DNA from: Octopus bimaculoides
Taxonomy: Eukaryota
Direction of reading: 5' to 3'
NCBI RefSeq assembly: GCF_001194135.2
Contig: NC_069001.1
Span: 32,551,529 to 32,615,528 of the forward strand
Length of the DNA: 64,000 bases
The position numbers and the translations under genes were made by a program. The number at the start of each line of letters is the position of its first letter. The stretch's first letter is position 1. Below the pieces are notes generated by a model. The model did no database searches. It saw only the letters and a list, made by a program, of their open reading frames with translations, and was not told the DNA's origin. Positions 23,537 to 36,509 of the stretch are shown in pieces.

Positions 23537-24415
23537 GATCCTGCTTGAAGGAATTGAAGTAGAAGAGAAATAAATACCCTTTGTCCAACAAGATTAGAGG
23601 TCTGTCACGGGTAAATATATTCCCAGATGAACTGTTTTCCATTCCTGACCCGAAGGTGAATTGAGGCAATGTAGAATAAGGTATTCTGTCTGGAAATCTG
23701 GAAATTCAATAAAAAACCCCTGTAACTAATTTGAACTATCAACTCATGTGCTCATAGTCCAGTATTATATCCAGTAGACCGTCTTTCTCTCTCTCTTGAT
23801 TGTAATTGCATTCTTCATGTAACAGAGCTGCTTTGGGAAATATATATAAGTAAACAGCAGTTGTTTAGTCTCAGGCTTGTCTTGAATTTGCAGATCTGTA
23901 TCTAAGGTATTCCAGCCATAAACATCCACTCTTTTTTCTTCTTTCTCTTTCTTCTTCCTTGAGAGCATAGACTATTTAGAACTATGTTATTCAAAGTGAT
24001 ATACAGGAGATTTTGGGTACTATTTCTAGCGAACTGAGCAAACATGTAGGGGCTTTCTTATTGCCTCAAGGTGAGCAGTGTAACATTGTTATGGTAACAT
24101 CAGTGTTGAGTGAGATCAAAATGGAAAATCATCTTTGAGAAATAACTGCTCTACACCCTTGAAGAGGTCTTTTATAGCCATGTTGCTATGTCAGCCTGTT
24201 GCTTCACATTTTTCTACCAATTTTTTTCTCTTCCTTATCTCCTGTTTTTTTTTTCTACTTCCTCCTTTCGTCTTGCTCTCTCCCTCCTGCTTCTCTTTAG
24301 ATGTTTCAGTTTTAAGACAAAGTGATTTCTTGCCTATGAATGAAAGAGCAATCTCATTTCAACTTAAGTTTGTACATTTTGGCCTCTGGGGTGGCAAAGA
24401 GCTAAGAATTCTAGG

Positions 24416-24645
24416 TTAACCCTTTCGATATCAATCTGTTCAAGACCACCCTTGGCTCTGTGATTATAACTTGCTGAATTTAAAGTGATCTAAATGAAAA
24501 TCTCCCATCAACAAAATTTTGTGTTAATTTATGATCCAAACACAGCCTAATAATGACATTTATTTTAATGAATTCTTCATTATTCTAAAAATTAATTGAA
24601 ACAAAGGCATTGAATTTTAACAGAAATATGGAATGAAAAGGTTAT
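24416..24645 (-). mobile_element. TTAA MITE family 2 (piggyBac-like)
   Basis: TTAACCCTTTCGATATC ... GGAATGAAAAGGTTA; internal sequence shared with the 32167 and 40282 copies. Confidence 0.7.
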
Positions 24646-24846
24646 GCTAAAATGGTCAGTCTTAGATGGATTTGTTTGTAAAGAGACAGCTTTTGGCTTT
24701 TGAGATGAGGATGGGTTGACAAATTATCAAGAGTTGTTATTTTGATTGTTGTATTTGCCTTAAATCAGACTTGATTGGACTAATGTATGATCAGATATGT
24801 TCTAGTCCTTACCATCCCATCTTTATTCAACATAATGTATATAGGA

Positions 24847-25092
24847 GTGGAGGCACATGGTTTAGCGGTTAGATGTGTTGGACTCATAGTCATAAGATTG
24901 TGGTTTTGATTTCTGAAATGGGCAATATGTGTTCTTGAGCAAAGTACTTCACTTCACGCTGCTTCAGTCCACTCAGCTGGCAAAAATGAGTAATCCTGCG
25001 GCAGGCTAGTGTCCTTTCCAAGTGGGGAATATATACTCCACTGAAACCGGGAAATCGGCCCTTATGAGCTTGGCACGGCTTGAGAAGGATCT
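24847..25092 (+). mobile_element. SINE family B (short form)
   Basis: Colinear with 22599-22843. Confidence 0.75.
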
Positions 25093-26100
25093 TAATCCTT
25101 TTTACCCTAATGTATAGAGAACTATATTATCCAGTGTGTTTACTCTTCCTTTAAGGTGATAGGGAATGATTTCAGGTAGATTTTGCTATTAATTCTAGTA
25201 AGTCAAGCAACTATGTCAAGGAGCAAAGCAAAGACATGTGATAAGGTGTTAGACTTGTCAGTTGGTCTATAGAAATTCAAATAGTACATTGTTTGTGTGT
25301 TATTTACTTAGTAACAGTGAGTAGGAGGGTAAATTTCTCAAGGTTGGACATGAAAAATGGGATTGGGTGGATGAAAAATTGGGTCACTTTGAATGGGTGT
25401 GCATGTGTGTGTATCTCTCTCTCTCTCTCTCTCTCTCTTAGCAAGAAATATGTAATAACAGTACTATACAATAAAATTTATTTGCCAATCCAAAGTGGGA
25501 TGATGTTACGACTTTTAGCCCCAGGAAAACGTAGACTTCACTGTACAATATTATTACTACATATTTCTTGCTCAGAGATTTAAAACTAGTTGTTTTTCTC
25601 TTTATGAGATCAGTGACTGTGTGTCGCTTTAAAAGTATATAATGTGAGCAAGAGCGAGTGGCTGCTATCTCTAGCTGGCGGTTGTCCTGTACCGATGAAG
25701 GGAAATTAGCCAGAAACCATTGGTCTACAGGTATGGCTACAGCTAGAAAGGGAGCAGTTGACTCCCTTGCTCACAGTATATGGACACAGATCATGTGTTG
25801 GTAGCCAGCTGGAAAAAAATGAGATGAAGAGAGACAAGCAACCCCTAGGTACCTGAGTGGAAGTGGTATAACATAAAGCCAACTCTGAAACCTCCATTCC
25901 AAATGGGAGCAGCATTCCCCTGTGGGTGTCCCCTGAGTTTTGTAGAAAGCTAATAGTTGTAGATGAAGGGGACTGGATCCTGGCTCTGAAGAGAAAGGCC
26001 AGCCCTTGGTTTGCTTTGTAGAAAAGGAAACTTGTAACATTACTCTGTGGTCGTGTTTTAAAATTATTTGCAGCCAGCACTGTTGTTTGCAGTTATATAA

Positions 26101-26612
26101 AGCATAGGTACTATGTGGAAGCATAGGTACTATGTGGAAGCATAGGTACTATGTGGAAGCATAGGTACTATGTGGAAGCATAGGTACTATGTGGAAGCAT
26201 AGGTACTATGTGGAAGCATAGGTACTATGTGGAAGCATAGGTANNNNNNNNNNNNNNNNNNNNNNNNNNNNNNNNNNNNNNNNNNNNNNNNNNNNNNNNN
26301 NNNNNNNNNNNNNNNNNNNNNNNNNNNNNNNNNNNNNNNNNNNNNNNNNNNNNNNNNNNNNNNNNNNNNNNNNNNNNNNNNNNNNNNNNNNNNNNNNNNN
26401 NNNNNNNNNNNNNNNNNNNNNNNNNNNNNNNNNNNNNNNNNNNNNNNNNNNNNNNNNNNNNNNNNNNNNNNNNNNNNNCTATGTGGAAGCATAGGTACTA
26501 TGTGGAAGCATAGGTACTATGTGGAAGCATAGGTACTATGTGGAAGCATAGGTACTATGTGGAAGCATAGGTACTATGTGGAAGCATAGGTACTATGTGG
26601 AAGCATAGGTAC
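26101..26612. repeat. 19-bp minisatellite (AGCATAGGTACTATGTGGA)n
   Basis: About 7.5 identical units before and about 7 after the N-gap 26244-26478. Confidence 0.97.
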
Positions 26613-26795
26613 CTAATTTAATTCACATTTTTAAAAATTAATCTTGTATTGTAGCTTTGATGTTGTGAAGAGGTGGTTGTTTATTTTCAGAATGACATTG
26701 CAGGGTAGATGTGAGAGGTTGTATCTGGCCAGTTTGAACATAAAACAGGTAGAATATTTGGGCTGGATATAACCAGTTTAAATACTAAAGAGTTA
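26613..26795 (-). mobile_element. TTAA MITE family 1, truncated against the minisatellite
   Basis: ...GAACATAAAACAGGTAGAATATTTGGGCTGGATAT...AATACTAAAGAGTTA. Confidence 0.7.
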
Positions 26796-29029
26796 CAGAA
26801 CAGTCACTCTAATAAAAGCTGAGGTGCTGGTGTGGCTGTTAAGACGTTTACTTCTCAATCATATTGTTTCAGATTCAGTCATACTGCATGGTACCTTGGG
26901 TACGTGTCTTCTACAATAGCCCTAGGATGACCAAAGCCTTGCAAGAGGATTTGGTAGATGGAAACTGAAAGAGCCCATCATGTGTGTATGGTGTTGTCTC
27001 CTTGTTTTCACATCATGTGAGTTGTAAATGAGTGCCACTGTCATACAAGCAGTGGCATTCATTTCCAATATTCTGCAAAAACATGTCTGGCCATATGGAT
27101 ATGTTATCTAGCTTGGAGACAATCTGCCTCCATAAACTCTGTTTGACCCATGCAAACTTGGAAAAAGCGGATATTAAAATGATGATGATGATACAAAGTA
27201 GAGGGAACTGTTTAGCCTTAAGACAATCTCTTTATTACCAGCAGCATGGTAAAATGTACCCAGTTTGTGGCAAGATTGTGAGACATTCCAGTCCATGTCG
27301 GAATAGAAAAACAGATGTATGTTGATGATGATCGTTGACTGAGCTAGCAAGTATTATTATCTTATCTAGGAACACAGTGCATACTCAAAGATGTGAACTA
27401 TTAACTCTTTGATTCTTGTGTGTGTGACTTCTATAAAAGAAACCTGCAAATGTTAAATAAAAAACAAGCAGCCAGGTCTCTTAGTAGTATTGGCATTTTA
27501 AAGTGGAGAGAAATATGAATATGAATATAAAGAAATGATTTAGATCAAAAGCTTGCATGTGTGAATATGGATATCAGATTTCAATCTCCTGGGGCCCCAG
27601 ATCTAGTTACATATTTGCCAGCTTTGAAAAAAATCTACCACCACCTCAATATTAATAAATCGCAACTTCTATGAGTGCATGTGCACACACACACAGACAC
27701 TCACACTCATGCTTATATATATGTGCACACATACATGCATGCTGTGCATTTGCAGACTATTGAAAAAAAATTATTTTGCTTTAAGTAGAAAGTGTTCCAT
27801 TTTTTCCCCTCCTCTTTGTAAGGAAGATACAGTCAAATGAATCACCTTCAGTATATTGGTGCTTATTTTATTGACCTCAGAATAAAAGGTAAAAGTCAAC
27901 CTCAGAAAGATTTTAAACTCAGAACAATGCAGAAACGAATAGTAACACACATATGATAAATCTCTAGCACTGTATTGGTTTGCTCTACTGTTAGGAAAAA
28001 AAATTGTTTTATCCCTATTCGATTTGCAAGTGTACTGGTTCTTTGAATGGAAAGCTAACAAACAGAATAGGGAAGCTGGAGATAGGAACTTTGCTAATAA
28101 TAAACTGCTTAGTTTCATGTATTAGAATATTTTTATCCCCCTCCATCACCACTATAATAATAATAATAATAACAATGATGATGATGATAAATATAGAAAG
28201 AAAAAGAGGTGTTCTACAATGAAGATTTAATATCGAGTGAATTTAAACTGCCAAAAATTTTTTTTCTAATATGCTTTATTTGTATAGTAGAGGAATTTAG
28301 TTGAATTAAATCCTACTGCCAATCCTCAAATCAAACATGTTGATTCTGAAAGCCAAAGAAGATCAATAAAAGCTGAATACTATTGATTATTAATTTTTTT
28401 TCCTCTGTGGTGCTTCATGGGAAGGGACAAATTCCTCATACTGTAGTATGATATATTTTAAGAATTACTGAGTCAATTTGGTCTTCTTTTGATTTCACAT
28501 GTCACAGTTTGTATATTGCATTTAAATTTAGATTTTTCTATGCTGAGATAGAGACGAGAGAATTGGTTTTGAAAACTGTTTATGTGAGGTTTGACTCCTC
28601 ATGGATTATGATCAAATGTCTTGTATTGCCATACTAGCTGGGTTGGGTGGGACTACCACAGCATAACAGCTCTGCATTTGTAGCAGTCCCTTGGCATTGT
28701 GTTAATGAGATCCAACACCTCACGGTTAAGGTCCACTACTTTTACATTTTACTCAGCCCCACTACTCCCTCCCACTTGGAAATTTGTCATCTTTCATAAG
28801 TACCATGTGTCTGTACAGTACAGTCTTTTGAATACTTCAGCTGATTCCTCCTGTGGTGCCCGTTTTTAATTCATCTGCCTTCCACTTCAACAGAAAACTT
28901 CCAACTAAGCTAATATCACTGTGTAGGAACGATAGATTTGATAGGGAATTGAATTTAGTTTCAATCTTCTTGGCAAATGATGGAGAGTGCAATAAAATAA
29001 TTGTTAGTAACCTATATACTTCGTTCAGT

Positions 29030-29640
29030 TTTATCAAATGTATCCTCTCCCTTTAGAAGATTGGACTTGCATAACAGTTCTGAGATACATCTCACAGATG
29101 ATTTGGGATGCATCATCAGTGATTTTCTGGGGTCTTGGAGGCTTTCAAGTTTTTCAACATCAGACTGCTCCCTAACTCGGTTGACTTGGCCAATGTTGAA
29201 ACAGTCCCAGCTTGCATCTCAATAGTCGCAAACCACCAGCTTGCTCTCTCTCTCTATCCGGAGCCATCTGGTAACCTTCCCTTGGCTTTGGTAATGGAAT
29301 TTATGTCCCTCCTCTTACCTACACCAATTACTCCAATTTCAGTCGGGGCTTTACAGAATGAAGATAAGACTTGCATAAGGACATTTTATATTTTTTCACT
29401 ACTTTTGCGGATTCTCATGACTCTCTATCCCCTTGCAATTTCATTATTATGAATTTGAATTGGGAACATGAGTCATAGTGAATCTTTCATCAGCTGATCG
29501 CACAACCATGGATGCATTGCAGTTAATCTCTTGGTAGAGCTTGGTGATCCTGATTGTTGATCTTCTAAGGATTCCTCCACTCGACATCAGTATAAGAAGC
29601 ACTGTTGGCTCAGTTGAGCTCTTTTGCAACCTCTTCACAA
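29030..29640 (-). mobile_element. R4/Dong-clade retrotransposon RT relic with internal deletion
   Basis: Ordered minus-strand motifs YDS-VPNS (cf. AYDSVPHS), LQGD, TEIGV, RLPDG, RKSLMM-HPKSSV, MYLR..KGRGYI (cf. RKLLTMH..LHPKSDVDRLYLPR..GGRGL); several frameshifts and stops. Confidence 0.55.
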
Positions 29641-30405
29641 TCCACCATGCTGCAGTCCCATGACTTCACCATATCCGTGACAGGGTGGCTGAACAGATGC
29701 TATGCCTTGCCAAAGGGCAGCCTGTAACTATGCATGGCATGGTTGTCACTTTGTGAGGTATTTCCAAAATACTCACATACCCAGAATATATATTTAGAAG
29801 TAAGTTGAAGAGACAAGTGAGTCAAGGTTTTGATTGTTCAGTTGTAACTATCACAAACATATCTTCATGTGTGTTAGAAACTATTATCATGCTTCTTTTC
29901 CCTCTCTTTGCATGAATTAACTCAATCTTTCATCTTGTCTCAGATGAGTTTTCTTGTTTATTCTAAGCTCTAAACTAATTATTTTTTCTTAATTTTAGTC
30001 AGCCTCAAACATTTATTTGACTTCTTTCCCTCATATTAGCATGGATTGAATGGTTCCGTGAGTTTTGGTGCCTTGCATGCACTGACTACACTAACCCACC
30101 AGCTGTGAACATACAAGTGCAGTACTTTGTTGATCTGTTCACTCTATAAATCTGAGGATTTTATTTTTATTTACGAGACATGCAGTGACTGAGTGGCTCC
30201 TAGTTCTTGTATGTGCTGTAATGTGTTTCAGGACAAAACACTCAATTCCATTTACTGTATTACCTCATGCTTTTAGAAGAAAACAGTTGTTCACAATATT
30301 CTCTGTTGTATAAAAGCAGATACTAACCTAAATTGGATTCTGGTTCTTCTTTCAAGGAATATATTTCTAACAAATTTTCATTTCTTCCTTTAGTTTATTT
30401 TCTTT

Positions 30406-30441
<36 letters not shown>

Positions 30442-32166
30442 ATACTTCACTAGGTAATTTACAATTAATTTATTAATAGAAATTTTTTTAGGTTACAAAT
30501 ATAGATCAATTTTTTTAACATGTATATATGTATCCTTGCATATATATATATATATATACACACATACACATACATACACAGATATATGTATATATACATA
30601 GATGTATGCATATATATATATATATGTATGTATATANNNNNNNNNNNNNNNNNNNNNNNNNNNNTATATATATATATATATATATATCTCCATGCATACG
30701 CAATTTAGAAATTTTTTTCTTTTAATTTTGTAAGATTCCCCTGAAGCCAAGCTTCACCTAGATTCCTGTTAGTGTACTAATCAAAGATAAAATTTTAAAT
30801 GTGAGCATCCAATACTGTTGTTAGGACATTGGCCAATGATTGCATATTTTTTTGTAACTTAAGTATAGGCCACGAAAGTTAATTGAAAAGAATATTCTCA
30901 TGTGTGTGTGTGTGTGTGTGTTTTAAGTAAATGCAATGAAGCTATGTATTCACCATCATCCTGAAAATAACCTATACTTGGTTGGAAATTATCATTTACC
31001 TAATTGGTGAAGAGTGGAAAGTGTAGGTTGGTGGTAGTGGTGGGGAACCCAGTTTGATCATTCAATTAATCTAGGATCGTTCTCTCTCTACCCACATTTA
31101 TGTACTGTGAAAGTGAAAATGGCTGCATGGATAATATTGAATCATCAACCACTAGGTACTGAGTGTAACACTCATGCTGCTATGGAGCATGTTGAACTAA
31201 GTCAGATACTCAATGTATTTGATGGCTTATAAGACCTGCTCTTTTTCTTAAAAAAAAATGAAGATAGCTGGACAAACATCTTAGGCCCTATATGCAAATT
31301 TGCACCTATATTACATGCATAGATGCAATAAAAACTTTTATCCCTGAAAATTGGGGTGTGTTTGATATGCCCATTTGCTTTTTTGTGTCATCAAATATGG
31401 TAATTCTATGTGTGTTCAGTGCACAGACTGTAAGCAATAGGTTCTGTATGTTATGGATGTGTTACCTGCAAGGTAAACGTTGACCTGAACATTCTTAGGT
31501 TTTGCTGGGTGTTCCTTTATTTAGTTTTGTGTTAACCAAGATATGCTCTTGTTTAACCCCAAGTCATCTCTGATCAAGCTGATATATAATCAAAAGCATT
31601 CTGATATAGTGTATGTTGTCCTGGGCAAAGCATAAAACTGCCTTGCCCAGAACAACTGACGTTCTTGCTCAGAAACTGAGGTCTTTTTGGAGAGAAAGGA
31701 ATTACTTTTTAGTATCCTAACTCCTTGGTTTACTCAGGCTTGTGGTAATACCTGAGGCCCCCAGTTATGGACCAGTATTATACAGGCCCACCAATGTGTG
31801 GACCATGGCCTAATGTCACATCAACTAGGCCCCCTGCTTAATAGTTAAACAAGCTCTGTGTCTTGAGGGTAAATTTGGGAGAGCAAGAGACTAGCAGAGT
31901 AAACTGTAAATGAACTGAGAGAAGTCGATGGAAAACCCCTGCTGTATTTGTCTCAAGAAAAATCATGATTCTTCAGATTGGCATGGAGGTTTGTGATTGC
32001 TCATGCCTCTCATGTAAGAAAGTGATAGTGTATATAGGAGTTCATAATTCAATACATTCCATTCTTTTTTAAAAGCTCACAGGGCATAATTTGAGATTTG
32101 GCTGTTATTTCTAGCAGGTCAAATGAGTATGTATAAAGCTCCTTTGTTGACTGTTACTCAACATGG

Positions 32167-32340
32167 TCAACCTTTTTCCTTCCATATTTCTGCTAAAATA
32201 CACTGTCTTTGTTTCAATTATTTTCAAAAATAATGAAAATTTATCAAGCTTTGCTTTTGTTCAACTGATGTTTGGAACATAAATTAACATGAAATTTTGC
32301 GCAAGGATGACCCAAGCTGGATTGACATCAAAAGGGTTAA
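32167..32340 (+). mobile_element. TTAA MITE family 2
   Basis: TCAACCTTTTTCC...GTTTCAATTA...AAATTAACATGAAATTTT...GACATCAAAAGGGTTAA. Confidence 0.7.
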
Positions 32341-32790
32341 TATAGGGGAATTGGTTTTGAGTATAAAGTTGAATTAAATATTTTACAATGCAATAGCAGC
32401 AGTAGTAAATCAAAATAGCCATCTATGTATCATAATTAATGTAAGTACACCATTGAAAGATAAATTTACTATGATATTCATCCAGAGATATCATCTCTTA
32501 TGAACATGCTGTGTTTAAAAAGTATAATATTCAACTGTAGGAAACGAAATCAATCCCAGTGGCTACTGAGCCACTGCTGGGATGATTTTTATCTCCCTCT
32601 ATTGTATACTATGTTTTTAAAAAGCACATCCATAAGAGAGATTATTTTAGGATGAATGCTGCAGTAAATAGGTTTTTCAATGATGTATTTGCATTATGAT
32701 TCATCGATGTTCAAATCTTACTGGAGCTGACTTAACATTTTCAAAGTAAGCTTACTTGTAAATTAATCCGAATAATCTTCTGGGGTCAGT

Positions 32791-33015
32791 TTAAATCTTT
32801 AGCATTCAGATTGCTCCATCAGATATAATGTATATTGGTTCCCATTGTTTTTAATTAATCATGTATTGTGTTGTCACTTCAAGGTTTCATTGATGTGATT
32901 GTTTATTTTTAATGAGACATTGTAGGGTAGGTGTGAAAGGCCAGATCTGGTTTGAACATAAAAACAGGTAGAATATTTGGGCTGGGTACGACCACTTTGA
33001 ATGCTAATGGGTTAA
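32791..33015 (-). mobile_element. TTAA MITE family 1, complete
   Basis: TTAAATCTTTAGCATTC ... GAATGCTAATGGGTTAA; internal sequence is the reverse complement of the 23329 copy. Confidence 0.8.
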
Positions 33016-33429
33016 ATGCCTTTTACATTAACAGTACAAAAATTAATCTTGTATCCAGGCAAATGAAATACTTTTCTTGCTCTGTACAAGTGTGGCAAGT
33101 TGTATTTGCTTGTCTTTTTGTATAAAACGGATGTGTGGCCTTCATACTCTTCTATGGGCATTAGTAACGAGAGTGAGTCAGTAAAGGGGATTAAAACTAA
33201 GATTGACAATGTGATCATCACAAATCTAATCTCTAGTCAGTCAGTCACTACTTTCTCATAATTAACATACTTAATTCAGATATCATTAAGAAGTCTTTAT
33301 TTAGCAGAGAAGATAGAATTTAACAGAAAATTTATGTGGTAGCCATCACATAAAATTTTTTTGTTTGTTATTCATATATATTGAACATATATTAGTCATT
33401 ATTATATTATTATTATTATCATCATCATT

Positions 33430-34000
33430 CGTCTGCTGCTATGTTCTGAGTTCAAATTCTGCCAAGGTCGACTTTGCCTTTCATCCTTTCGGGGTTGATA
33501 AATTAAATACCAGTAAAACATTGGGGTCAATGTAATTGACTAGTCCCCTCCCCACAAATTTCAGGCTTTGTGCATTTAGTAGAAAGGATTGTTATTGTTG
33601 TTGTTGATTGTTAGCACACTGGGCGAAATGCTTCATGGTATTTTGTCTGCCACTATATTCGAAGTTCAAATTCGGCCGAGGTCAACTTTGCTTTTCATCT
33701 TTTCAGGGTCAATAAATTAAGTTGATGTAATTGACTAGCCCCCTCCCTCAATTTCCAGGCCTTGTACCTAAGTAGAAAGGATTGTTGTTGTTGTCGTTGT
33801 AGTTATGCCAGCAAGCTGGCAGAATTGTTAGAGTCCCTGACAAAATGCTTAGCAGCAGTTTGTCTGTCCTTATATTCTGAGTTCAAATTCTGCCACGGTC
33901 AACTCTACCTTTCATCCTTTTGGGCTTGATAAAATATGATCAGTGTCATCCACTCTTTCTCTCCCAACAAATTTGAGGCCTTGTACCTATAGTAGAATTT
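33430..34000 (+). mobile_element. Three head-to-tail SINE family C copies
   Basis: The block GTTCAAATTC.GCC.AGGTC.ACT...CCTTTCATC...GGCCTTGTACCTA.GTAGAA recurs at about 33430, 33612 and 33812, separated by (TTG)n-like tails. Confidence 0.8.
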
Positions 34001-34580
34001 TTTAATGATATAATCAAATAGTCTATGCTAATTTATTATCATAAAATATAATTGAAGAGAATTTGGCTCCTATTTCTATCAGTCAAACTGGTTGGTGTAT
34101 TACATAGAAGATCTACATTTGCTCCTAATTTTGTTGTTTGTGTAGGTCCTGAGGTGCAACAGACTGACTGACCACTTAGTTTTGATTAGAACTGTTTGAA
34201 ATTGTTAATGGGATTGGATCAGAGAACAAACAAACATTGTAACTTTCCAACTTTCTTGCTTTTGTTGTTATTGTTGTCTCCCTCGCCTCATCTCACCCCA
34301 GACTTTCATATTTATGCTAACAAACAAATGATCATCACCGTCAACACCATTTCCAGATATTAAATTACTCAATTAGCAGCATTTTTTAAAATTCTTTTTT
34401 TTCTTCTTTTTTATACTAATGAAATTTCTATATCTCCAGGTGTTGAATCTAATGCTTTTTCTTACTAATTCTGTTGTTTTGTTCTATCAGGTATTCTAGC
34501 TACATTATACCACTGTAAAATATAATGAAACTCTTCTTCACGTTGCTACATACAAATACGCAAAAAAAAAAAAAAAAAAA

Positions 34581-35364
34581 NNNNNNNNNNNNNNNNNNNN
34601 NNNNNNNNNNNNNNNNNNNNNNNNNNNNNNNNNNNNNNNNNNNNNNNNNNNNNNNNNNNNNNNNNNNNNNNNNNNNNNNNNNNNNNNNNNNNNNNNNNNN
34701 NNNNNNNNNNNNNNNNNNNNNNNNNNNNNNNNNNNNNNNNNNNNNNNNNNNNNNNNNNNNNNNNNNNNNNNNNNNNNNNNNNNNNNNNNNNNNNNNNNNN
34801 NNNNNNNNNNNNNNNNNNNNNNNNNNNNNNNNNNNNNNNNNNNNNNNNNNNNNNNNNNNNNNNNNNNNNNNNNNNNNNNNNNNNNNNNNNNNNNNNNNNN
34901 NNNNNNNNNNNNNNNNNNNNNNNNNNNNNNNNNNNNNNNNNNNNNNNNNNNNNNNNNNNNNNNNNNNNNNNNNNNNNNNNNNNNNNNNNNNNNNNNNNNN
35001 NNNNNNNNNNNNNNNNNNNNNNNNNNNNNNNNNNNNNNNNNNNNNNNNNNNNNNNNNNNNNNNNNNNNNNNNNNNNNNNNNNNNNNNNNNNNNNNNNNNN
35101 NNNNNNNNNNNNNNNNNNNNNNNNNNNNNNNNNNNNNNNNNNNNNNNNNNNNNNNNNNNNNNNNNNNNNNNNNNNNNNNNNNNNNNNNNNNNNNNNNNNN
35201 NNNNNNNNNNNNNNNNNNNNNNNNNNNNNNNNNNNNNNNNNNNNNNNNNNNNNNNNNNNNNNNNNNNNNNNNNNNNNNNNNNNNNNNNNNNNNNNNNNNN
35301 NNNNNNNNNNNNNNNNNNNNNNNNNNNNNNNNNNNNNNNNNNNNNNNNNNNNNNNNNNNNNNNN
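34581..35364. other. Assembly gap (784 N); other large gaps at 6481-6763, 26244-26478, 55060-55780
   Basis: N runs flanked by poly-A, microsatellites or tandem repeats. Confidence 0.99.
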
Positions 35365-35638
35365 ATCTGCTTTGGAGATAGTCCCAGGAGAAAATTCTTC
35401 TCAACATGTGTGGAAGAACATTTTTGGGCTGTGGATGATGTTATTGGATTGTTAGTTAAATGATAGAGCAAAGTGATACTGAAATGCATGCATCCTAAAA
35501 TGTAGTGACATCATTCACTGCCCATAATGAGTTCTCACACAGGAGGAGGAGAATTTTCTCCCAGGACTATTTCTGCAATGGAAGGTCTTATTATGTCCTA
35601 TTGAACATGTTAAATATAACTTTACACAAATGAATGAA

Positions 35639-35675
<37 letters not shown>

Positions 35676-36509
35676 GCACAGGAATGCTGTGTAGGAAGAA
35701 GTTCTATTTGTGAACATATTCTGGTTTCAATCCTACAGCGTAGTACTTCAGACAAGTGTCCAAATGTCTTCTGCTATGGCTTGGGATTGACCAATATCTT
35801 GTGGTTGAAATTTGGTGTATGGAAACTGTGCAAAAACCTGTTGTGTGCACGTGTGTGTATCCTTGCTTGTGTTTATGTTTACATTGGTCTGAAAAGCAAA
35901 AAAAAAAAACTTCTTTATATTCGGTCACTTTACGTCCTTATGTGATTTAAGAGTTTGACAAATAGAGAACAATGAAATGAGTACACACACACTTTATATA
36001 TCAGCAGAAATTTTAGGATGCTATGAAAACATCTGACAAGATCCCTATTCTTGTATTCCTTCATTCTATTGTCACATATCATTGTTTCTCTATCTGGAAT
36101 GAGCGAAAGTGAATTTGTTTTATATATATATGTATCTTATATATCTATTGCATGAATTTCTTCTGAAAGTTCTTAAAATATTTTCTCACAATGCATTTTT
36201 GCATCCATTTCGCAAAATATTCTTTTCTTTCTGTACATTTTTAGAGACTCTCAAAGTTTTTCATGATAGAATTTTTTTTTCTTTTTTAAAAGAAGTTACT
36301 ATTATAAGGGAGGAGGGCAATTATCAGAATCAACATTCTTGTATCAGCATCAATACACTAATCTTATTCCTGTACAGATTATGTCTTATTAATGAGACCA
36401 GTTTAAAATTAAATGAAGGTTCTAAGCTATGTTTAATCCATGAATGACTAACCCTCTCCAAATTCACTCATCCAAATTATTAGTTTGCCTCAGTTGGAAA
36501 AATCCAAGA

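Noticed and set aside
24301-24315. Very strong pyrimidine tract and AG as the next epsin exon
   Set aside because: Phase-0 reading stops after four codons (ATG TTT CAG TTT TAA) and no good donor is nearby.
26101-26612. CRISPR-like regular array
   Set aside because: Units are identical with no unique spacers, the context is eukaryotic and there are no cas genes; it is a minisatellite.
34500-35489. Long ORFs of 130-330 aa at 6.2-6.9, 26.2-26.5, 34.5-35.5 and 54.9-55.9 kb
   Set aside because: They run through N-gaps and microsatellites; artefacts.
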